64,000 nucleotides of DNA from Thermoanaerobaculia bacterium (GTDB lineage Bacteria > Acidobacteriota > Thermoanaerobaculia > UBA5066): NCBI GenBank assembly GCA_963816185.1, contig CAWFJJ010000024.1, positions 608,001 to 672,000 of the forward strand, read 5' to 3'. The notes beneath the pieces are model-generated. The model ran no database searches and was not told the DNA's origin. It worked only from the letters and a program-made list of their open reading frames with translations. Position 1 is the first letter of the stretch; the number at the start of each line of letters is the position of its first letter. A program made the translations under genes and the position numbers. Below, one piece after another: positions 38,673 through 49,087 of this stretch.

Positions 38673-40208
38673 ATGGCGCACAAGAATGGCGAGCTCCAGG
38701 GGGCGGATTTCGGAGCAGGCGTTCCGGTGAACGACGTTCGGGAGGGCATGCCGCTCCTCGGGCACGCGCGTGGGGAGGCGGTCGTCCTCGCGAGAAGCGG
38801 GGGAGAGTTCTTCGCCGTCGGCGCGACATGCACGCATTACGCGGCGTCGCTCGCGGGCGGAATCGTCGCGGACGGGGCCGTCCGCTGTCCCCTCCACCAT
38901 TCCTGTTTCGATCTGAAGACGGGGGAGGCCGTCCGTGCGCCGGCGTTCGCGTCCCTCGCGTGCTACCGCGTGGAGGTCGCGGGCGGACGCGTTCGGGTGG
39001 GCGAACGCCGGCCGGAGGCGGCGGCAGAGACGGCCGCACCTGCCCGCCCGTCCTCGGTCGTGATCGTAGGTGCGGGCGCCGCGGCGTACGCGGCAGCCGA
39101 CAAGCTCCGCCGGGAAGGTTTCCAGGGAAAGATCACGATGATCGGCTCAGAGGACACCGGTCCGGTGGATCGCCCGAACCTGTCGAAGGATTACCTCGCC
39201 GGCAAGGCTCCCGACGAATGGATTCCGCTGCCGATGCCTGCCGGCGTCGAGATCCGGACGGGGACACGCGCCACCGCGATCGACACGAGCGGGCGACGTG
39301 TGCTCCTCGCGGACGGCTCGGCCGTTCCGTGGGACGCGCTCCTCCTCGCGACGGGCGTCGAAGTGGTGAAGCTCCAGGTGTCCGGAGCGGATCTGCCGCA
39401 CGTCCACACGCTCCGGACGCTCGCCGACAGCAAGGCGATCATTGCGGACGCGGCGTACGCGAAGCGGGCGGTCGTCGTGGGCGCGGGGTTCATCGGCCTC
39501 GAGGCGGCTGCCTCCCTGCGCGAGCGCGGCGTCGGGGTGGACGTCGTCGATCTTTTCCCTCCGTTCGAGAGGGTGCTCGGGCCCGAGGTCGGGAAGCTCG
39601 TGAAGGGCCTCCATGAGAAGCACGGCGTCGTCTTTCACATCGGCGAAAGCGTCGCATCGATCTCCAAGAGCGCCGTCGCCCTGAAGAGCGGCGTCGAGCT
39701 GCCTGCGGATCTCGTCGTGGTGGGCATCGGGGTCCGCCCCACGACCGTCCTCGCGGAGAGCGCAGGCCTTCGGATCGACCGCGGGATCCTCGTGGACGAG
39801 CATCTCGAGACGAGCGCCAAAGGGATCTTCGCAGCCGGCGACGTCGTGCGCTGGAACGATCCGCGGTTCGGCGGGCCGATTCGCGTTGAGCATTGGGTCG
39901 CCGCCGAGCGAATGGGAGCGGCGGCGGCGCGCTCGATCCTCGGGCGGCCCGGCGCTTTCCGCGACGTGCCATTCTTCTGGAGCGCCCACTACGACGTCCT
40001 CATCGCCTACGTGGGCCACGCCGAAAAATGGGATCGGATCGACGTTCACGGCAGCCTCGCCGCGCTCGATGCCACACTTGCCTATCGCCAGGGCAAGAAG
40101 ACGTACGCGGTCGTCACGATCGGACGCGACCGTGCGGGCCTCGAGGCCGAGCTCGCGTTCGAGCGCGGAGACGAGGCCGCCCTCGCCGCTTTCGGAAGAA
40201 CGCGATAG
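38673..40208 (+). CDS. Rieske domain + FAD/NAD-dependent reductase (AIF/ferredoxin reductase-like)
   Basis: CTHY..CPLHHSCF Rieske motif; GAGAAA, DRPNLSKDYL, GAGFIGLE, AAGD, VPFFWS. Confidence 0.92.
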   Translation: MAHKNGELQGADFGAGVPVNDVREGMPLLGHARGEAVVLARSGGEFFAVGATCTHYAASLAGGIVADGAVRCPLHHSCFDLKTGEAVRAPAFASLACYRVEVAGGRVRVGERRPEAAAETAAPARPSSVVIVGAGAAAYAAADKLRREGFQGKITMIGSEDTGPVDRPNLSKDYLAGKAPDEWIPLPMPAGVEIRTGTRATAIDTSGRRVLLADGSAVPWDALLLATGVEVVKLQVSGADLPHVHTLRTLADSKAIIADAAYAKRAVVVGAGFIGLEAAASLRERGVGVDVVDLFPPFERVLGPEVGKLVKGLHEKHGVVFHIGESVASISKSAVALKSGVELPADLVVVGIGVRPTTVLAESAGLRIDRGILVDEHLETSAKGIFAAGDVVRWNDPRFGGPIRVEHWVAAERMGAAAARSILGRPGAFRDVPFFWSAHYDVLIAYVGHAEKWDRIDVHGSLAALDATLAYRQGKKTYAVVTIGRDRAGLEAELAFERGDEAALAAFGRTR

Positions 40209-40227
40209 CGATTCGGGCCAGCGTCCT

Positions 40228-40936
40228 TTACACGCGGATCGCTGCGCCTCGAACGAGCTTCGCGTCGTCGCTGGCGAGGAAGAGGACGACGCGGGCGATC
40301 TCCTCGGGCGTCGGCCACTTCGAGAAGTCCGCCTTTGGCATGGATTTTCGATTCGCCTCCGTGTCGATGATGCTTGGGAGAATCGAATTCGCCCTCACGG
40401 CGGTGCCTTTCAGGTCTTCGGCCAGGGAATCCACGAGAGCCACGGCCGCCGCCTTCGAGGCGGCGTAGGCTGCGTTTCCTGCGCCGTGATCGAGCGCGGC
40501 CGTCGAGGCCACGTTCACGATCGACGCCGTGCCCCTGGGAGAGCATCACGGGGACCGCTGCGCGCAGCAGCGTGAAGCCCGAGCGGAGATTCAGGTTCAG
40601 CATCCGGTCGAGGAGCCGTGCATCCTGCTCCCAGAGCGGCATCCCGCCTGCGTAGCCGCCGACCGCATTGACGAGGGCATCCAGCCGCCCGTGGCGCGCC
40701 CGAATGGCCTCGACGAGCCCGCGCACCGCCTGCTCGTCGGTGACGTCGACCTCCCGTCCGTCGAGCCGGTTTGCGTTCGCGCCCGCGGCGGCCTTCAGGG
40801 CGGCGAGCTCGTCGGGGCTCCTGTATGTGACGATCACGGTGGCGCCCTCTTCGAGGAACGACAGACTGACCGCGCGGCCCAGCCCTCCCGTCCCGCCCGC
40901 TACCAGGGCCACCTTGCCGGCCACACTCGCCTTCAT
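40228..40936 (-). pseudogene. SDR oxidoreductase with one frameshift near 40525 (error or pseudogene)
   Basis: VAGGTGGLG and NAVGG in one frame; IVNVAS, YAASK and ILPSIIDT in another. Confidence 0.8.
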
Positions 40937-40965
40937 TGATCCTCGATCCTATCCTTGATGCCGCC

Positions 40966-42021
40966 GTGCGCCTGTTCGTTCTCCTTGCTTTGGCATTCGC
41001 TCGTGCGGCTTTCGGTGCCGAAGCACCCGGTGCCGCGGCCGAGGGGTCGCTCAGCCTGGATGGACGAACGATCCCGTTTCATTACGCATACGTGACGGAA
41101 CACGGGACGCTGTGGGTGACGCTGTCCGCGTCCCCGCTCGATCGAGGGCAGTTGAAGCAGATCGATTTCGGCCACCTGCCTAGCGAGGAAGCCGTCTTTC
41201 TGGAGATTCACGTCAACGGGCAGAGGGAGGCGACATCCATCTCCGTGCGGGCGCGGAGCCTGGCCGACGGCCTTTTGAACAACGATGACGTCGGAGTTTT
41301 CTCCGCGAAAGTCGCTTCTGCGGAAAGGGTTGAAGGAAGCCTGACACTTCCGTTGCCGAGGGAGATCAAGGGCCACCGCCTCTCTTATTCCGTCCGGTTC
41401 CGCGCGCTCCCGCCTGCCTCCGGTCCGGTTCGGAATCTCGACGACGCTCTCGATCGTGTGCCTTCGATCCGCAGACCGTTCGCCCGATTCAACCCCTCTG
41501 ACGCCGTCCTGGGAATCGGCGTCCTGGGCTCCTTCCTTCTCCTGGTCGCTCTCGCCCTCGCCTGGGCACTCTTCATCGCGCCACGCCGGGCGCGGAGTCT
41601 TTTTCGGGAGCTCGAGGAGCGAGGCTACGCCGAGATGGACAGGGCCGCGCCGGAGCTGCAGTCTGCGATCAAGTCGCTCGCGCCCTTGGAAACGGAATTC
41701 AGCGCCCGCCTGCGCAACCTCGACCACATCGGCCGCGGCCGTGAAGAGAGGTTCGGTTTTCGGAAGGTCGACGTTCCGGGTCTGTCGACCGAATTCGCTT
41801 CCCTGTATGCGGTCTATTCCAGGAACGGGCGCGACGTCGCGGTGTCGCCGCGGCTTCAAGAGGCGCTCCTCGACATCTCGCGGACTTTTTGGCCGTCGAG
41901 CAACTCCAATACGAGGTTCGGCCCGAACGGCTGGGGCATCTCCGCATCGAGCGCCTGGCTGGACCGCAAAGCGCTCCGGATCCTGCTCGACGCCGCGGAT
42001 CGCATCTCCGGAGCGCTTTGA
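40966..42021 (+). CDS. Hypothetical protein with signal peptide and internal TM helix
   Basis: MRLFVLLALAFARAAFGA leader; TM VLGIGVLGSFLLLVALALAWALFI; no family recognised. Confidence 0.65.
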   Translation: MRLFVLLALAFARAAFGAEAPGAAAEGSLSLDGRTIPFHYAYVTEHGTLWVTLSASPLDRGQLKQIDFGHLPSEEAVFLEIHVNGQREATSISVRARSLADGLLNNDDVGVFSAKVASAERVEGSLTLPLPREIKGHRLSYSVRFRALPPASGPVRNLDDALDRVPSIRRPFARFNPSDAVLGIGVLGSFLLLVALALAWALFIAPRRARSLFRELEERGYAEMDRAAPELQSAIKSLAPLETEFSARLRNLDHIGRGREERFGFRKVDVPGLSTEFASLYAVYSRNGRDVAVSPRLQEALLDISRTFWPSSNSNTRFGPNGWGISASSAWLDRKALRILLDAADRISGAL

Positions 42022-42065
42022 CTCTCGATGCCTCGAGGAGCGCGAGCTCTGGCCGGCACGGCGTC

Positions 42066-43706
42066 CTACTCCGCGAGGACCCGATGGACGAGCTGGACGC
42101 AGACGGAGCCTTCGCCCACCGCCGCGGCGACACGCTTGACGCTCGAAGCGCGGACGTCGCCGACCGCGAAGACGCCCGGCTGGTTCGTCTCGAAAAGGAA
42201 CGGCGGTCGGGCGACGGGCCACTTCGCTGCTTCGAGGTCGCCGGACGTGAGGTCCTGCCCGGTCTTCACGAAGCCCTTTTCGTCGAGCGCGACACAGCCC
42301 TGGAGCCAGGCCGTGTTCGGATCGGCTCCGGTCATGAGAAAGACGTGCCTTACGTCGAGGGTCGCCCGCTCGCCGGCGGCGTCGCGCCACGTCACGCGCT
42401 CGAGGCGCCCGTTTCCCTCGAGGGCCACGATCTGCGTCCGCGTGCGGAGGGTGATGTTCGGCGTCTCCTCGATGCGGCGGATGAGATAGCGCGACATGCT
42501 TGCGGCGAGCCCTTCGTCCCGGACGAGCATGTGCAGGCGCCGCACCCCGCGCGAGAGGAACACAGCGGCCTGCCCCGCGGAGTTTCCGCCCCCGACGACG
42601 ATGACGTCTTCTCCCTCGCAGAGGTTCGCTTCGATCTGAGTCGCCCCGTAATAGACCCCGACGCCCTCGAAGCGCGCGAGGTTCGGGAGGTCGGGTTTTC
42701 GGTACTGGACGCCGGTAGCGATGATGAACGTCCGTGCGCGGACGGAGAGGCCTTCCGCGAGCTCGAGCCGATAGGGGCGCCGTTCGCATGAGAGCCGCAC
42801 GGCTGTCCGTGCCACTGCGATCGCGGCGCCGAACTTCTCCGCCTGAACCAGGGCGTTGCTCGCGAGCGCCTGTCCCGAGATCCCCATCGGAAATCCGAGG
42901 TAGTTCTCGATGCGTGAGCTCGAGCCCGCCTGTCCGCCCGGGGCATTCGCTTCGAGGACGACGGCGTCGAGTCCCTCGGAGGCCGCGTAAACGGCGGCAG
43001 CGAGCCCTCCCGGGCCGGCGCCCACGACCACGACGTCGTGCACGGAGCTCGTGTCGAACCGGTTCAGGCCGAGACACTCGCCGACCTCCTCGATGGTGGG
43101 CTTCTTCAGGACGCGCGTGCCGCGGCAGATGACGACCGGCACGTCGTCCACGCCCACGCTGAAGCTGTCGAGAGTCTTCTGTACGTCCGGGTCGCGGTCC
43201 ACGTCGAGGTACGCGTAGGGCTGTCCGTTGCGCGTGAGGAACTCCTGGAGGAGGAGAGTGCCGGCCGAGTGGCGCGAGCCGATGAGAACGACGCTGCCCT
43301 GACCCAGCTCCTGGAGGGCGATGCGGCGGAGGATGAACGCGCGAAGGAAAGTCTCGGACAATTCCGGGTCGGTCTGAACCAGCGCCCGCAGCCGCTCCGG
43401 CGGAAGCTCGAGAACGCGCGTCTCGCCCGTCGCGCTTCCCTTCACGATGGTGGGGCGACCCGAAAGCAGGTCGACGTCGCCCGAGAACTGACCGGATCGA
43501 TGCGCCGTGACGAAGCGATCCGTGTCCGACAGGACGGTGATCTGGCCTTCGAGGACCAGGAAGAGGGGGCGGTCGCAATCGCCCTGCTGCCAGAGCAGTT
43601 CACCGTCGGCGAACCGCCGTTCCCGCGCGAAGGCGGCGACGCGCCCGCGCTGTACCTCGGACAGCTTCGGGAACATCTCGTCGGGGGGTGGCATCGACGC
43701 GGACAT
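42066..43706 (-). CDS. cNMP-binding-domain thioredoxin-reductase-like flavoprotein
   Basis: N-terminal cNMP fold (LWQQGD..LVLEG..GQFSGD); GAGPGGL, GGQAGSSSRIENYLGFP, GGGNSAG, FAVGDVR. Confidence 0.9.
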   Translation of the reverse strand: MSASMPPPDEMFPKLSEVQRGRVAAFARERRFADGELLWQQGDCDRPLFLVLEGQITVLSDTDRFVTAHRSGQFSGDVDLLSGRPTIVKGSATGETRVLELPPERLRALVQTDPELSETFLRAFILRRIALQELGQGSVVLIGSRHSAGTLLLQEFLTRNGQPYAYLDVDRDPDVQKTLDSFSVGVDDVPVVICRGTRVLKKPTIEEVGECLGLNRFDTSSVHDVVVVGAGPGGLAAAVYAASEGLDAVVLEANAPGGQAGSSSRIENYLGFPMGISGQALASNALVQAEKFGAAIAVARTAVRLSCERRPYRLELAEGLSVRARTFIIATGVQYRKPDLPNLARFEGVGVYYGATQIEANLCEGEDVIVVGGGNSAGQAAVFLSRGVRRLHMLVRDEGLAASMSRYLIRRIEETPNITLRTRTQIVALEGNGRLERVTWRDAAGERATLDVRHVFLMTGADPNTAWLQGCVALDEKGFVKTGQDLTSGDLEAAKWPVARPPFLFETNQPGVFAVGDVRASSVKRVAAAVGEGSVCVQLVHRVLAE

Positions 43707-43729
43707 CAGGACTCCTCCAGGTACCGCAG

Positions 43730-43769
43730 AAAGAAGCGAGCGCGGCGACCACGCCGCGCCCGCTCTTTT
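43730..43769. terminator. Hairpin flanked by A- and T-rich tracts (terminator-like)
   Basis: AAAGAAGCGAGCGCGGCG-ACCA-CGCCGCGCCCGCTCTTTT, 25 bp after the 43794 stop codon. Confidence 0.6.
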
Positions 43770-43793
43770 GAGACCCGCTGGCGGTCGACGTGC

Positions 43794-44735
43794 TCAGTCG
43801 GTCATGACGACCAGGTACCGGTCGCCCTTCCAGAACGCGGAGGGATCCTTGACCGTGAGCGTCGAGGTCTTCGAGTTCGGGCCGCCGTCCACGATCTCGT
43901 AGCTCCCCTTCGGCTGCGCGGTGACGACCTGCACCTTACCCGCGGGCGCCGGGATCGAGACTTCCATGTCCTTGGTCACGTCGATCTCGTGGAAGACGTC
44001 GGGGTCGAACTTGCCTGTTTCGATCCAGCGGCCGCCGAGGCCTGCGATCGAGCCTCTCTTCTCGACGACGCCCTTCTGCTTGAGCGTGTTCCTGGAGGCG
44101 ACGGCCACGTAAGCCGTGTTGAGCTCCTTCGTCTTCTGCGCGATCTCGCTTTCACCCTTGTGAATCGTCTCTTCTCTCTCCGCGAGAGTCGACGCCTGCG
44201 ATTCGACCGTCTTCGAGAGGTCCCCGACCCTGCTCTCCAGCTCGGTGACCATGGACGCCTTCTCCTCGAGCGACTTCTTCAGCTCGTCCGCGAGCTTCCC
44301 GAGAGACGCCATTTGCACGCCATTGGCCTTGTTGATCTTCTCGAGGTGAGCGAGCTTCTGAAGGTTCTTGTGAACGGCGTCGCGGATCATCTGGAGCTCC
44401 GCCTCGAGGCGCTCGCGGCCGGCCGCCTTCCCCTGGCCTTCCTTGGCCATCTGGATCGAGGACTGGACCACCTTCAGCTCCTTGGCGCGGATGTCCTCGA
44501 GGCCCTTCTGCACCTCATCCAGAGTCGCATTCGCCTCGGCCGATTGGGACTCGAGGGATTGCAGCTTATCCGAGAGCTGCTGCTTCTCGCCGGTGAGCTG
44601 CACCTTCTCGGCCCGGAGCTGGTCGCGCTCCTGTTTCCACGCGCAACCTCCGGTTGCGAAGACGATTCCAAAGGCACCTGCGACGACGATCGGCCCGATC
44701 CCTCTGAAACGCGGGTTCTTTGGCACTTCTTTCAT
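43794..44735 (-). CDS. Membrane-anchored or lipoprotein coiled-coil protein
   Basis: GGAGG RBS before ATG at 44735; hydrophobic stretch ending TGGC; long heptad-rich region; beta-rich C-terminal domain. Confidence 0.75.
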   Translation of the reverse strand: MKEVPKNPRFRGIGPIVVAGAFGIVFATGGCAWKQERDQLRAEKVQLTGEKQQLSDKLQSLESQSAEANATLDEVQKGLEDIRAKELKVVQSSIQMAKEGQGKAAGRERLEAELQMIRDAVHKNLQKLAHLEKINKANGVQMASLGKLADELKKSLEEKASMVTELESRVGDLSKTVESQASTLAEREETIHKGESEIAQKTKELNTAYVAVASRNTLKQKGVVEKRGSIAGLGGRWIETGKFDPDVFHEIDVTKDMEVSIPAPAGKVQVVTAQPKGSYEIVDGGPNSKTSTLTVKDPSAFWKGDRYLVVMTD

Positions 44736-44821
44736 ATGGACCTCCATCCGGAGAATCGTTAGCAAACGGCGTACCCGGCTTCGCGCCGATCGCTCGGCCG
44801 TCGGTCTTGAGGTCGCGTCCC

Positions 44822-45714
<893 letters not shown>

Positions 45715-45718
<4 letters not shown>

Positions 45719-46719
45719 GTTTGACTTCCCTTCGTTTTCGTCGGGGGCATGCCGCCCATCCCGGCCGCCCGCGAGAAAGATCGATACAGATCGTCGAAGA
45801 GCGTGAACCCGCGCGTCAGCCGGTCCTCGTCCTCCGGATGGGAGAGGACGAGGCCGAGCAGCAAGCGCTGGATTCCGGGCGCGTCGGTGCGACCGTATTT
45901 ACCGTCCTTCAGGTCGATGTCGTGGACGATCTCGGCGATCTGCGAGACGGCGGGGTCGGCGATCCCCGCCCTCGCGACGAGCGTCTCGAACGTGCAGCGG
46001 TCGCCCTCGTGCGTGAAGTCGCCGGGCATCGTGTCGAAGCGGATTTCTCCCGGAGCGACCTCCGTCAGCTTCGGATCGACGAAACGGAAACGCGCGTTCG
46101 GGTCGATGAAGCGGCGGATGAGCCAGGCGGAAGCAATTCGGTCGATCTGGATCCCTCGGCGGGTCACCCACGTGCGGGCCGTGAGATCCTCGTGTTTCCT
46201 CGGCTTTGTCGTGCTCCTCGGGGCCTTCGGCTGGAGACGGCCCTCCAGTGTGCGGAGCGCGGCCTCGGTCTCCTTCCGCCCGGGCGCGGGGGAGAAGAAG
46301 TCGATCGCCTTCGTCTCGTCCAGCCGCTTCTTGAGCCGGGCGAGACGTCCGGTCAGCTCCTGCTCCGGGGGGTTGACCCCGCTCCGGCGCTTCAGCGTGG
46401 CCAGCGCTTCTTGGATCTCCTCGGTGAGCCCGGCGTAATCGGCCTGGCGGTCCGCCTTGAAGAGCTTCACGAGCGTCTCATCCGAGATGCCAGCCAGGAA
46501 GGCGGCCTCGCAGATGAAAGCCTCGCCGCCGCCTGCGACCGCCTCCTCGACGATCCACTGAAGGTCCTCGAGGCAGTCGTCCGTGCGCGGCAGGACGTAG
46601 ACCGAGTTCTTGAGAGCCACCGCCCCCACTTTCGCGAGGCGCTGCCGGATCTTGGCGCGCAGGTAGAGCGGCTTCGGCGGAAGCTGATGGATCAGCAAGT
46701 ACCAGCGCGGTTCGGCCAT
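45715..46719 (-). CDS. chrB: Chromate-resistance regulator ChrB-family protein
   Basis: WYLLIHQLPPKP.YLR.KI..RL..VGAV; WVTR...IDRIASAWLIRRFID; FTHEGDRCTFE; IVHDIDLKDG. Confidence 0.88.
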
Positions 46720-46745
46720 CACGTCCTCCCGATCGCTCCTCGTCC

Positions 46746-46784
46746 GTGATACCAGTTGACATTCATCATGTCAATTGATAGACG
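46746..46784. promoter_or_regulatory. Palindromic bidirectional sigma70-like promoter and operator
   Basis: TTGACAT-N5-ATGTCAA core; minus strand TTGACA-17-TATCAC toward chrB, plus strand TTGACA-17-TAGACG toward pfkB. Confidence 0.7.
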
Positions 46785-46881
46785 AGCAAGGAGTCGACCG
46801 GATCCGTACGGCGCACGCAAAATCCCGGAGAGAGAAAAATGTTCCCGGCGTTTTCGGGAACGGCGCTTGCTGGAAGCTCTC

Positions 46882-47877
46882 ATGATGGACACCCGGAACG
46901 ATGCCCGTGTCCCCGTCGCCCTCTTCGGAGAGGCGCTGATGGACGATCTGCCTTCGGGGCCCGTGCCCGGCGGTGCCCCGCTGAACGTCGCCCGGCACCT
47001 CCGCGCGTTCGGCGTCGATCCGCTCCTCATCACCCGCGTGGGCTCGGACGAGGCGGGCGAGGGGCTCGTCGCCGCGATGGAGCGTTGGGGGCTCGACACC
47101 CGCGGCGTGCAGCGCGATCCCGACCATCCCACGGGACGCGTTTCGATCCGGGTCGCGAGGGGTCGTCACCGTTTCGAGATCCCGCTCCGCCAGGCGTGGG
47201 ATTTCATCGACGCCACGGCCGCCGCCGACGCGTTGCGCACGGCGCCGCCGGACGTCCTCTATTTCGGCACGCTGGCGCAGCGGCATGAGACGTCGAGGCG
47301 GGCCTTGCGAGGGCTCTTCGCGGGGCTCTCCGGCGCTCACCTCTTCGACGTCAACCTGCGCAAGCCTTGGTACGACGCGCAGGTCGTCGAGGCCTCGCTC
47401 GCCGAGGCTGACGTGCTGAAGCTCAACGAGTCCGAGCTCGCCGTCCTGGCCAGGGCTCTGGGCCTCCCGAAGGGGGCCGCCGCGCGCGCCGAGACCCTGA
47501 TGGAGAGGTTCTCGATCCGCGAGGTCGTGATCACGTATGGAGCCAGAGGCGCGCGCGTCTTCGAGGTAGGAGGAGCCGAGATGCGCGTCTCCGGGGAGGC
47601 CCTCGGCTCCCGTGTCGTCGATACGGTGGGCGCCGGGGACGGATTCGCGGCCGTCCTGATCCTGGGCACCTTTCGAGGGTGGGTCCCCTCGCTCACGCTG
47701 GCTCGCGCCGACCGCTTGGCGCGTGCGATCTGCCGGATTCCCGGGGCGATCCCCGAAGACGAGCGGTTCTACGAGCCCTATCTCGAGGAATGGGACCGAG
47801 GAGGAGGTGATGACCCTGAGCGAGAGAAGCTTGTCCATCGTCATGCGCAGCATCCACGGGCTCGTTCGAGCGCGTGA
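46882..47877 (+). CDS. PfkB-family carbohydrate kinase (fructokinase-like)
   Basis: FGEALMD, PGGAPLNVA, YFGTLAQR, FDVNLR, LKLNESE, DTVGAGDGF. Confidence 0.9.
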   Translation: MMDTRNDARVPVALFGEALMDDLPSGPVPGGAPLNVARHLRAFGVDPLLITRVGSDEAGEGLVAAMERWGLDTRGVQRDPDHPTGRVSIRVARGRHRFEIPLRQAWDFIDATAAADALRTAPPDVLYFGTLAQRHETSRRALRGLFAGLSGAHLFDVNLRKPWYDAQVVEASLAEADVLKLNESELAVLARALGLPKGAAARAETLMERFSIREVVITYGARGARVFEVGGAEMRVSGEALGSRVVDTVGAGDGFAAVLILGTFRGWVPSLTLARADRLARAICRIPGAIPEDERFYEPYLEEWDRGGGDDPEREKLVHRHAQHPRARSSA

Positions 47878-47920
47878 CGCCGAGCTCGGGCTCATCGCGG
47901 AGCATGCGGCGAAGATGTAA
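47810..47920 (+). pseudogene. Stub resembling the N-terminus of sucrose-phosphate synthase
   Basis: GGAGGAGG RBS; MTLSERSLSIVMRSIHGLVRARDAELG matches the SPS S(I/V)HGL(I/V)R..ELG motif and breaks before RDADTGGQ. Confidence 0.6.
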
Positions 47921-47962
47921 GGTTCGCTCCCGATTCGGCGGCGGGCGATGAAGGAGGCACCG

Positions 47963-48382
47963 ATGAACAGGCAGCGGGCGAGACAGGTCACGTACTTCCT
48001 GCTTCGAGTCGTGGCGGGTCTGGTGTTCCTCCAGGCCGGGGGCCTGCTCCTATTCGGATGGTTCGGCGGAATGCCGCCGAACGGCTCCACCGCGCCCCTC
48101 TTGTCCCAGATGGGGATCGGCGGTGCCCTCGAGTTCTTCGGAGGTATCGCGATCGTGCTCGGCCTCCTGACCCGGCCGGTCGCATTCATCCTCTCCGGCG
48201 AGATGGCGGTCGCGTATTTCCAGTTTCACATGCCGAACGGGTTCTGGCCGATTCAGAACCACGGCGAACCCGCCGTCCTGTTCTGTTTCATCTTCCTGTA
48301 CATGGCCGCGCAAGGCGGCGGCGAGTGGAGCCTCGACGCGCTGATTCGGAGAAAGCGGGGAGATGCCGCGTCCGAGGAGTGA
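47963..48382 (+). CDS. DoxX-family membrane protein
   Basis: LLRVVAGLVF, GLLTRPVAFILSGEMAVAYF, WPIQNHGE, WSLD; AAGGAGG RBS. Confidence 0.92.
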   Translation: MNRQRARQVTYFLLRVVAGLVFLQAGGLLLFGWFGGMPPNGSTAPLLSQMGIGGALEFFGGIAIVLGLLTRPVAFILSGEMAVAYFQFHMPNGFWPIQNHGEPAVLFCFIFLYMAAQGGGEWSLDALIRRKRGDAASEE

Positions 48383-48443
48383 AGGCGGTCAGGGACCCGG
48401 CCCGTCTGACGCCCGGCAGCCCTGAGAAGAAGCTCGTCCGGCC

Positions 48444-48470
48444 TGTCGATTCCGCGGGGTCTGGCTCGTC
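48444..48470 (+). promoter_or_regulatory. ECF42-type promoter upstream of the DGPF/YciI gene
   Basis: TGTCGA-N17-CGTC, matching the ECF42 -35/-10 consensus as recalled; an ECF42-like gene lies 1.6 kb downstream. Confidence 0.65.
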
Positions 48471-48546
48471 GTGAGAGTGGAGCCGGGGCTCGAAGGCGGC
48501 CGGAACCGCCGGGGGACGCCGGTTCGAGTAGAAAACATAAGGAGAT

Positions 48547-48975
48547 ATGACGATGCGATTTCTGGTCATGGTCCCGGCGAGCAAGGAGTCCGAGGCGGGT
48601 GTTCTTCCCGACAAGACGATCATCGCGGACATGCAGAAGTTCAACGAGGAGATGGTGAAGGCCGGCGTGATGCTCTCGGGCGAGGGGCTTCACCCGACCT
48701 CCAAGGGGGCGCGCATCAGGTTCTCGGGCGGAAAGACTACGGTGATCGACGGCCCCTTCACCGAGTCGAAGGAGCTGGTCGCCGGCTTCTGGCTGATCCA
48801 GGCGAAGTCGAAGGACGAAGCGATTGCGTGGATGAAGCGGGCGCCCTTCGGAGGCGGCGTGGAGATCGAGATCCGCCAGATCTTCGAGGCGGAGGACTTC
48901 GGCGCTCAGCTCACTCCCGAGCTCAGGGAGAAGGAGGAGCGCCTGCGCGAGAAGATCGCGGCGAGGCGGCGTTGA
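48547..48975 (+). CDS. YciI/DGPF-domain protein
   Basis: GEGLHP, IDGPFTESKELVAGFW, EIEIRQ. Confidence 0.92.
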   Translation: MTMRFLVMVPASKESEAGVLPDKTIIADMQKFNEEMVKAGVMLSGEGLHPTSKGARIRFSGGKTTVIDGPFTESKELVAGFWLIQAKSKDEAIAWMKRAPFGGGVEIEIRQIFEAEDFGAQLTPELREKEERLREKIAARRR

Positions 48976-49087
48976 GTCCCCTGCGAAAAGACGATGCGAG
49001 GCCCAGTCCGGAGGGCGTGGGAGGTCTTGACGTTGACCGAAAAGTGGGCGAGGACATAGGCTGCACGAAGGAAGATGGAGGTGAGAA

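Noticed and set aside
35604-38900. Very long alternative ORFs (this 1098-aa one, also 56349-59780, 40933-43578, 29956-32220 and others)
   Set aside because: Arg/Gly/Pro-rich shadow frames of well-supported genes, expected at this GC content
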